DNA of 64,000 nt from Eledone cirrhosa (lineage: Eukaryota). Positions 1 to 10,100 of the stretch are shown one piece after another (position 1 is the stretch's first letter; every line of letters starts with the position of its first letter). The position numbers were made by a program, and so were the translations under genes. The notes under the pieces are model-generated. The model searched no databases. It was not told the origin of the DNA and saw only the letters and a list, made by a program, of their open reading frames with translations. Location: contig OZ024743.1 of NCBI GenBank assembly GCA_964016885.1, forward strand, positions 370,388,001 to 370,452,000, written 5' to 3'.

Positions 1-252
1 TACCATACCGTAATATACCATACAGTAATACACCATACAGTTATATACCATCAGTAATATACCATACAGTAATTTACCATACAGTAATATACCATACAGT
101 AATACACCATACAGTTATATACCATCAGTAATATACCATACAGTAATATACCATACAGTAATATACCATACCGTAATATACCATACAGTAATACACCATA
201 CAGTTATATACCATCAGTAATATACCATACAGTAATTTACCATACAGTAGTA
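1..252. repeat. 15-bp minisatellite (TACCATACAGTAATA)n, about 17 units
   Basis: Tandem units read directly, with recurring variants (CACCATACAGTTATA followed by 14-bp TACCATCAGTAATA); array starts at the window edge. Confidence 0.95.
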
Positions 253-833
253 CAACTTAAAATAGCACACTATCTGCCATTTGTCGATAAACTCATTTCC
301 AGGACTACACAGCATTCAAATCACAAATTATGATTACATAAATGAGTTGGGTATGATCTGTAATAATTGCTTTAAATACCAGATCATTGTATCCTAAAAT
401 TTCTAAAATATATCTCTAGCTCAGAGACTCATCCATGTTTCTATTGCGTTAAGCGACTGGCAGAACAAGCCATCTCTCTGGACTGGATGCCAGTCCATTG
501 CAGGGTTAAATCCACAGCTATTGCTTGTACGCATTTTCAGCTATCCATACTGCAGCGACATGAAATGATCTGTTTTGTTGTAAAACAAAACATACATCCC
601 TGGAATCGAACCCACAATATTATCTTTTTAAGTCCAAAACACTGTCTTTTTTAACTGTATGAATTAACAATCCTCACAATCTCATGGATAAATTACTTAA
701 GAATGGAATATTTTATGGTTAAAAATTGCAAGAAAATAGAGTGAATCTTCAAAAGTATTGATTTATTGTGCAATTATGCAAACGTAATTAATAGAATATT
801 TTTCTCAAGGGAAATTTTTCGTATTAATTGCAG

Positions 834-953
834 TTTTTAATGGTAACTGCAATTTTAATGAAGACTTTTGCAATTATGTTGTTGAATATGCATATGGAAA
901 TTTTGGCTGGAAATATGGGTTTATAAATGGATTAGAGGATCATATTGATAAAG
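834..953 (+). CDS. MAM-repeat protein, exon a (N-half of MAM domain 1)
   Basis: ttgcag acceptor and gtattt donor; 120 bp, phase 1-1; translates FNGNCNFNEDFCNYVVEYAYGNFGWKYGFINGLEDHIDK, with the CxF..xC...W...DH MAM N-terminal pattern; joins in frame to the exon at 16863. Confidence 0.8.
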
Positions 954-1042
954 GTATTTTTGTTTCATTTATTATTTTTCCATGTTAAAACTTAAACTGT
1001 CAATATTAATTGTATTTACAGTAATAATATTTATTATTATTA

Positions 1043-1408
1043 TTTCTACTTTTGGCACAAGGCTAGCAATTATCCCTGTGCATTACTGGTACTTTATTTT
1101 ATCGACCCCGTAAGGATGAAAGGCAAAATTAACCTCGGCGGGATTTGAACTCAGATCATAAAGGGCCGTAACTCTTTGCTGCAAAGCATGGCGTTCGATC
1201 CTCTACCGATACTGCCAATCCACCAATAATAATAATAATAATTGTTTCTACTTTTGGGTCAAGGCCAGCAATTACCCAGTGCATTACTGGTACTTTATTT
1301 TATCGACCCCGTAAGGATGAAAGGTAAAGTTACCCTCGACGGGATTTGAACTCAGACCATAAAGTAACTATGCTAGAAAGCATGGCGTCCAACCCTCTAC
1401 CGATACTG
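1043..1408 (-). mobile_element. Two tandem tRNA-derived SINE copies (second lacks its 5' head)
   Basis: Reverse strand shows A-box TGGCAGTATCGG, B-box GAGTTCAAATCC and central CCTTTCATCCTTACGGGGTCGATAAAATAAAGTACCAG (resembles the Meta/MESC SINE core); the same unit recurs at 5143, 5347, 15364 and 42589. Confidence 0.85.
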
Positions 1409-1410
1409 TG

Positions 1411-4400
1411 GTTTCTTTATTGGCCACAAGTGTTAACATGAAAAAAACATTACAGACGGCACAGGACGATACAAAGTGGGTTTTGGCCATGTAAAAAGGT
1501 TATAAGACAGAAACGTGTAAAAACAAATTCTAAAAAATTTCAAAAGACAAAAATTCCCCCTAATGGGAGCAGCCTCCCAGAGTCACTCGTGGCGAAAACC
1601 ACATAAAAGACCCGGCCACCCTGACCACCAGGGCAAGCACCCTCTCTCAGTTTTCCCACTCCTCAGTTTACAGGTGCATACTCAGAGTGGGCCGGTTCAC
1701 TCGGACCAGACTCATCGCTTTCACCCACCTTTCAACAAACTTACTGGAAGACAGCACTTGCCTCTCCACCCTCATTTTCCTCTTCAAGTGAAACTTGAGA
1801 AAGTTAATTAGGGATTGGCCGGAGAGGAAAGTGTCCGTCTTCAACCCTTTCAACCTTGTCCACCACACAATCTCTTTCGCTATGGCCAACAGGTAGATAA
1901 AAACTGCCTGCCCTTCCCCCTCTTTAAAGGAGGATGGCGGGGCTATCCACACAATGGACTCAGTCGATAACCCGATCTGTCCTACACGCGTCAGCAGCTG
2001 TTCGACATAACTCCACAAATCAGTAATCCTCGGGCACTGAACGAGTGCGTGCAGGACGGTTTCGTCCCCCTGCACGCATCTCGGACGGGCTCGGCTGACA
2101 GCACCTCCATGCCTATAGTGCTTATCCCAAACCAGCAATGCTCCCCGGTAGCACTGCCAGGCCAGGGATATCTGGAAGTTGTCCATAGGCCCCGGGCTGA
2201 AAGTTCTCTTGAAGAGAGCGAGCAGCTGATCGTCTTCGACGCCCAGGGTCTCCCCGAGAACGTTGTCGCACTCACCTCCATTAGCCCACTATAGAACGCC
2301 AAGGTGGATGTTCCAGCGATATCAGTCCCCAGCTGGTAGAGGGCGGTGAGCGCTTTGAGACATTTCAGCTTCCAAGCGCTATCCCTCGATCTTTTTCTGG
2401 TCTAGGACTGCAGCTCCATCAAGGAGACGAGCTGGGGAAAAGCGTGTCTGGCAAACGATGACCACATCTGTTCACCGTCTGACCATGTGAGCACGCCCCT
2501 TCCGCAAACGTTCCAGCGCAGTCAGGTGAGGCTTAGGACAAGGCACGACGGTCAGGCGGTATCAGATGACGGACGCTATGCATTCGCCACTTCCACCCGA
2601 CCTTTCAGGGACAGCTTCCTCTCAGCCCATTTCTGGGTGAGAGAGGCCACCCTGCTCGTCACCTCGCTCCAGTTTTTCTCCATCTGGAGGTCCGGACCGA
2701 ACCAGACCCCGAGCAATTTAACCGGTCCTTCCGTCCAGCGCCTTACGACGCTGTCGGACGACATGGACTTGCCTCTCCAGGTGCCGAGTTGCAAGCCCAC
2801 CGACTTTTCCTGGTTTATCTTTGCTCCTGTCACCGCTTCGAATTCCTTGAGAGCGGTACCGAGCATCTGGACGTGCTTGGTGCTCGTCACCACCGCGGTG
2901 ACGTCGTCGGCGTAGGCCGACTCGGATCTCCGGCATCCCAGTTCGCGTCTCCAATTTGTGTAGCAACGGCTCGAGGGACAGTACGTAGAAGAGGGACGAG
3001 AGGGGCAACCCTGGCGGACCGAGCGCATGATGCTGAAAGGCTGCGACAGGTGACCATTTACCCTCACAATCGAGCAGATGTCGCTGTGCATCGCAGCGAT
3101 CCAGCCCCTAAAAATGAGCCCGAAGCCGGCCGCCTCGAGGACCGCCGCCAGGTACCGATGGTCGACCCTATCAAATACTTTAGATTGATCCAAGTTGATC
3201 AGGGCCCCACTCGTGCCAGGTTCCTTAACCACCATCACTATGATGTATCGCATGAGATAGAGGTTGTCGTGGGTGGATCTGTTCGGAATGGCGCATGTCT
3301 GCGTCACTCCCACCAGATCACTGACGACAAGCGCCAATCTCTTTGCTAAGACTTTGGCCAAAATCTTGAACTCTGCGTTTAACAGAGTTATGGGCCTAAA
3401 GTTGTCTATAACGTCCCCCTTGTTCAGGTCTTTTCTCAGCAGCGCCACCGCTCCCCGGCTCACAAAACTGGAAATGCTCCCTTTTTGCTGCCAGTTGCAG
3501 TAGACATCTGCCAAGAGGTCGCCGAATAAGTCTGGCATGTACGCATAAAGCTCGTAGGGCAGACCATCTAAACCTGGCGATTTACCCCTCGTGCAGTCAG
3601 ACATCGCTTCTCGTATTTCACCTGCTGTTATCGACCTTTCGCAGCACTGCGATGCGGTCGTCGAGAGCCACAGCATTCCGTCGATGTATGCACCAAAGTC
3701 CATACTCCGATCCGGCCTAACAGCAAAGTGCTGTTGAAAAGCCGCATACATCTGCTCGGGTTCGAGCAACATGCGCCTGTTTTGATAAGGCAAAGACCGA
3801 ATTTTGGATTTGTTGCCACGTCACGCCTCCACCAGCCGGGCCCATTGAACGGCTTTCGTCTCCTCGTGTCTCAGAGCACGTGCTCTAGCTCTGACAACGC
3901 ATCCTTAATGCTTTGCGTTGAAGAATTAGTCGAGTGCCAATCTCGCCGCAAGCACGTCGGTTGCGATGCCTGTCCTAAACCCCTCTTCTAGCTTTCTAAC
4001 TAGCTCTCCCTCTACTCCATTTTCCTCAATCACTACTCCTTTGCTAAACCTTATCGATTCTACTCAAGTAGCCATTTTCAGGGTAATCCACCACCTCTTG
4101 TTGACGATCGCACCCGTCAACGCACGCTTAACTAATTCGTTAATCTGGTCAGTGTAAGCTTTGCGCACCGGGAACGATACGTTCGGCTTCCAGTTACCGG
4201 GCTCTTGCCTATGGAGTCTATCTAAGTCGACTTCACATATCACAAATTTGTGGTCCGTGTAGTTGACTACTTTAAATTGTGGACAACCTACACTAGCCTT
4301 ATCTGTTTCCCTACAGAATACCCTATCTAAATACAATCTGGATGACCCGATGCGGTTTGCTCACGTCCACATTGGCACATTCGGATAATCTAGTCTATAC

Positions 4401-7103
4401 CTGTCAGACTGTTCAAAAGGTCTGAGCAGGTTGTTGAGCCTTTTACACCCTCCTCCTCTGTCTAGTAACCCCACATTATCCCAGCGTGCATCTAAGATAC
4501 CGTTGCAGTCACCCACTAACACTAAAGAGCGGGACGTTCCAAGAAAGGTCTCTAGACGTCTGAAGAAATCTGGCCGTCCTGTCCCTGTTGGGGCATAGAC
4601 AGGTACTAGCCTGAAAGCATTGCCTTCGCTGCCGGTCACGTCCAGCACCACCGACTTACCTTCTGGATCCAGGAAGATGACCCGTATGGCGAGCTCCAAA
4701 CCTCTCCGAAAAAGCAGAGCAACTCCTCCTCCCGGTCCCGGACGACTGAGAGATGCGTATACATCGTAGCCGCCGAAGATCGGTGCGAAGGCTCGTGCTT
4801 CGGAGATTCTCGTCTCGCTGATGGCTACCACATCTATGTTTAGTGACCTGAGGTCGTTCAGCAGGTGGCCCTGCTTCTATGACGACCCCAAGCCACGCGC
4901 ATTTATGCTGCCTATTCTAAGTACGGCCATGCTGCATGAGGAAACGGGGTAAGTGAGAAAGGATCACTTACCTTGATCGTGTAGGAAAGGGACAGTAGAA
5001 CCGTCCCTTCGGCTGGTCATGGGTGTCTCCAAGATGATATCGTTATATATTCTTTTGTAGAGTGACCCCCTGAAATCTCCAACTGCGTTGGGGAATTGTT
5101 GCTTTAATTGTTTATAGTCATCCAGTTTAATTTAGACAAAAGTAATTGTTTCTACTTTTGGCACAAGACCAAAAATTATCCCAGTGCATTACTGGTACTT
5201 TATTTTATCGACCCGGTAATGATGAAAGGCAAAGTTAACCTCGGTGGGATTTGAACTCAGACCATAAAGGGCCATAACTCTATGCTGGAAGCCATGGCGT
5301 CCGACCCTCTACCGATACTGCCAATCCACCGCCCTTCGACAATAATAATTGTTTCTATTTTGGGCACAAGGCCAGCAATTACCCAGTACATTACTGGTAC
5401 TTTATTTTATCGACCCCGTAAGGATGAATGGCAAAATTAACCTCGGCGGGATTTGAACTTAGATCATAAAGGGACGTAACTCTATGATTCAAAGCATGGT
5501 GTCCGACTCTCTACCGATACTGCCAATCCACCGCCCTTCGACAATAATAATGTTTTGGGGTAATGTTCTTGATGTTGGTGTTGTTGACAACTGTTTTCCA
5601 CTCCTCAGCCGCCTCATACTTCATGTCCGACTGTGAGTTCAACCCTCTCATTTATCTTTGTTGTTGTTATTGGTGGTGGTGGTGGTGGTAGTGGTGGAGC
5701 CTGGTCTGCCGTTCTTAGTAAAGGTGCAGCTAGTGCAACTATTTCTGTTGCTGCAGATGCAGTCGCTGTTTTTGTTATCCGAGGCTTTGGTATGGGTGCC
5801 ATGGACGTTGTCCTCCTACTCTCTGTAGAATCCGACATTTTTGCTGACTGCTCTGTTTATGATGGCAGCGGTTCCGGTGTTGGAAGGAGAGGGACCTTGG
5901 CCTTTGTTATTTTCTGTGGGCAGAAAGCTCTGAGGTGAGGCTTCGATCCACAGTTGAAGCACTTTGGGCGCCTTCCTTCCACAGATATGGGAAGTTGGGA
6001 GCCATTCCCGATGTCTATTACGTCGGGAATAGCACTGATACAGTCCTGGTCGGTTTGGATAAGCATCTCCATTCCATTACCGGACCAGACCTCTCTCCCC
6101 AACTTCTGTACCTGCAGAATGGTTGTTCTATCCTCGATACCCTCATGAACAGACACAACCAGCCAAGGCACGGGTACGTAGGGCGGGACCTGCGTTACCT
6201 TGACCTTTGCAATTTTCTTCCCGCAGTAAAACGGGACTAACGTTATGTCATCACTCCGTATGGTCCTCAGTGAGTGTGATTTTGCTTCCTGGGTGGTTGC
6301 AAAAAGGACGTCCACGGTAGCATACTTCTTGCCACGGGTGATGTGGGTTTTCCGTGCCCACAGAGTTCCCAAGACCTTCTGGATTTGGCCCTCCGTGGAT
6401 CTCTCCACACGACACGATTTCGTGCAATTGTGCGGTATGACACTGTGCGTCGCTCTTGTTCCTCCAGGAAGTCGGTTGGTGGTTTCCAGGACACTGAAAA
6501 TTTAGTTCTGGTGACCATGTGACTTGACACCGCCATCTCCTCCTCTGTGACCAGGACTGTTTCTACGTTGCGAGCCACCCTAGCAAAAGAGATGGTCCTT
6601 TTTTCAGTGGCATCATTGTTGCCGCCGCTACTGCTGTTACTGGTCTTGTTGTTGGTGCTGTTGTTGGTGTTTCTTCTGCTGCTGTTGCTGCTGCTACCAC
6701 AGGTATTATTGTTAATACTGCCGCTGCTGCTGCTGCTGCTACCTCCTTTGTTGCCAAATGCATCAGCAGCAGCCACTTCTCGACTTCCGCTTGATGAAGA
6801 AGAGAAAGAATTGGCCTTTGCCTGACTTTCACTATGTGACGATGAAGAAGACGAAAAGAAAAGTGAGACTCCACACTGACAGCTGGGTGAAGAAAGACAA
6901 GGTTGAGAAGGATACCTTGCTGAAGGAGTAACTTTTGTGTGGAGACATGGCAGAGAAATAGATATTTTGAATGACGCCATTTTTTTTTGGGGGGGGGGGG
7001 GGCGTATCTGCTAAATGTAAAGTTCAAATTGGAATTTAGCCCCGAAGGGCTAAACACCGATTAATTTCGACCAACTCAAGAGAAGCGGGGTGTGTTTAAA
7101 CAC
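1411..7103 (-). mobile_element. L1/Tx1-type LINE, near full length, decayed (copy A)
   Basis: ORF1 pieces (6980-5614) with CCHC knuckle CFNCGSKPHLRAFC; ORF2 from about 4930: APE endonuclease (VAISETR, VYAP, TDHK), RT (KSPGLDG, FRPITLLN, VRQGCP, AYADD), C-terminal zinc motif (ETVLHALVQCP); AATAAA at the 3' end. Confidence 0.92.
5143..5536 (-). mobile_element. SINE dimer nested in LINE A
   Basis: Two about 190-bp copies of the SINE above; absent from the homologous position of LINE B (about 10445); bounded by TSD-like TT(A/C)GACAA.A.TAAT. Confidence 0.88.
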
Positions 7104-10100
7104 TTCCGTGCCTGTAGAGCTTATCTCGAACCGGCAACGCTTCCCAGTAGCACTGCCAGGCCAGGGATTTCTGGAAGTTGTCCATAGGCCCCGGGTTGAA
7201 AGTTCTCTTGAAGAGAGCGAACAGCTGATCGTCTTCAACACCCAGAGTCTCCCCGAGAATGTCGTAGCTCTTCCCTCCACTAGCCCTCTATAGAACGCCG
7301 AGGTGGATGTTCCAGCTGGTAGAAAGCTGTGAGCGCTTGGAGACATTCCAGTTTCCAAGCGCTATCCCTCGGTCTTTTCCTGATCCAGGACTGCAGATCC
7401 GTTAATGAGACGAGCTGGTGAAAAGCGTGTCTGGCAAACGACGACCACACCTGTTCACCGTCAAGGAAGCACCAGAGATGTCGCAGCCTTAGCGCGTATT
7501 TGCGTATCATCAGCCACGGCATGCTCAGTCCTCCACGCAATGGGTGCTGACAGCAGATGGATCATCTGACCATGGGAGCACATTCCTTCCATAAAAAGCG
7601 GAAGATGAGGTGGTCCATTTTTGTCAGAGATGAGCCGGGGCAAGGCACAACGGTTAGGCGGTTGTAGATCATGGATGCGATGAACGCATTCGCCACCTCT
7701 GCTCGACCTTTAAGAGACAGCTTCCTCTCGGCCCATTTCTGGGTGGGTGATGCTACCATACTCTGCACCTCACTCCAGTTCTTCTCCATCTGGAGATCCG
7801 GATCGAACCAGACCCCGAGCAATTTAACCGGTCCTTCGACGCTATCGGACGGCATGGACTTGCCTCTCCAGGTACCGAGCTGCAAGCTCCTGGTTTAACT
7901 TTGCATCTACCGGCCCCTCCTGGTTTAACTTTGCATCTGTCACTGCTTCATATTCGTTGAGAGCGGTGTCGAGAATCTGGACACGTTCCGTGATTGACAC
8001 CACCACTGTGGCGTCATCGCCATAAGCCGATACGGATCTCTCACATCCCAGTTCGCGTGCGATGCCTCTCATCGCCTCCAATTTTGCAGTAACGGCTCGA
8101 GGGCCAATACGTATAAGAGCGACGTGAGGGGACAACCTAGCAGACCGAGCACATGATGCTGAACCCCTGTGACAGATGACCATTCACCCTCACAACTGAG
8201 CAGATGTTGCTGTGCATCGCAGCGATCCAACCCCTGAAATTAGGCCCGAAACTGGCCGACTCGAGGACCGCCGCCAGGTATCGATGGTCGACCCTTTCAA
8301 ATGTCTTAGATTGATCCAACATGATCAGGGCCCCATCCGTTCCAGGTTCCTTAACCACCCTCTCTATGGTGTATCGTATGAGTGGGGGTTGTCGTAGATG
8401 GATCTGTCTGGAATGGCGCATGTCTGCGTCTCTCCTACCAGATCACCGACGACAAGCGCCAATCTCGTTGCTAACACCTCGGCCAAAATCTTGAAATCTG
8501 CGTTTAACAGAGTTATGGGTCTGAAGTTGTCTCACAAAACCGGGAATGCTCCTGTTCTGCTGCCAGTTGCAGTTGACATCTGCCAAGAGGTCGCCGAACA
8601 AATCTGGCATGTACGCATAAAGCTCGTAGGGCAGACCATCAAAACCTGGTGATTTACCCCTCATGCCGTCACCTGCTGTTATCGGATTTTTGCAATACTG
8701 TGCTGCGGTCGTCTAGAGCTGCGGCAGTCCCTAGAGGTATGCACTGAAGTTCATACTCCGATCTGGTCCGCCGCCGCTCCTAAACAGTTGAGAAAAGTGC
8801 TGCTGAAGAGCCTCATACATATGCTCGGGTTCAAGTAACATGCGCCTGTTTTGGTCAGGCAAAGATAGAATTGTGGCTTTGTTGCCATGTCGCACCTCCA
8901 TCACCCGGACATTGGACGGCTTTTGTCCCCTCTTGTCTCAGAGCACGTGCTCTAGCTCTGACAACGCAGCCTTTGTGCTTTGCGTTGAAAAATTGGTTGA
9001 AGAATTGGTCTGCGTTGAAGAATTGGTCTGCGTTGAAGAATTGGTCTGTGAAGTCGACTTAGACTTCATAGGCAAGGACCCCGTTACTGGAAGCTGAACA
9101 TGGTCTTTCCCGTCGCGCAAAGCTTGCAGAGACCAGATAAGCGAATTAGTTAAGTGGGCATTGACGGGTGCGATCGTCAACATCAGGTGGTGGTTTACCC
9201 AATTAGACTAGAAGCGATAAGGTTTAGCAAAAGAGTAGCAATAAAGGAAAATAGAGTAGAGGGAGAGCTTGTTAGAAAGCTAGAAGTGGCATTTACGACA
9301 GGCATCGCAACCGACGTGCTTCCGGCTAGCTTTCTAACTAGCTTTCTAACTAGCTCTCCCTCTACTCTATTTTCCTTTATTGCTACTCCTTTGCTAAACC
9401 TAATCGCTTCTACTCTAATTGGGTAAACCACCACCTGATATTGACGATCGCACCCGTCAACGCCCACTTAACTAATTCGCTTATCTGGTCTCTGCAAGCT
9501 TTGCGCGACGGGAAAGACGCTGTTCAGCTTCCAGTAACCGGGTCCTTGCCTATGAAGTCTAAGTCGACTTCACAGATCAGAAATTTGTGGTCCATATAGT
9601 CAACTACTTGAAATTGTGGACAACCTACTCTAGCCTTATCTGTTTTCTTACAGAATACTCTATCTAGATACGGTCCGGATAACCCAATGTGGTTTTCTCA
9701 TGTCCACATTGGCACATTCGGATAATCTAGTCGATACCTGTCAGAGAGTTGAAAACGTCTGAACAAGTTGGGGAGGCTTTTATATCCTCCTCCCTTATTT
9801 ACTAGCCCCACATAATCCCAGCGTGCATCTAAGATACCGTTCCAGCTACCCACTAACACTAAAGAGCGGAATATTCCCAGAAAGGTTTATAGACGTCTGA
9901 AGAAATCTGGCCGTCCTGCTACTAGCCTGAAAACATTGCCTTCGCTGCCAGTCACTTCCAGCACCACCTACTTACCCTCTGGGTCCAGGAAGATGGCCCG
10001 TATGGCGAGATCCAAGCCTCTCCTAAAAAGCACAGCAACTCCGCTCCGCGCTCCCGGACGCCTGGGAGATGTGTAGACATCGTAGCCGCCGAAGATCGGT

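Noticed and set aside
1-252. Repeat array as CRISPR or telomere
   Set aside because: No unique spacers, eukaryotic context, and the unit is not TTAGGG-like.
6547-6825. Leu/Val-rich membrane-like ORFs (also 10680, 11692, 11813)
   Set aside because: Antisense translations of the low-complexity (AAC/AGC)n tracts in LINE ORF1.
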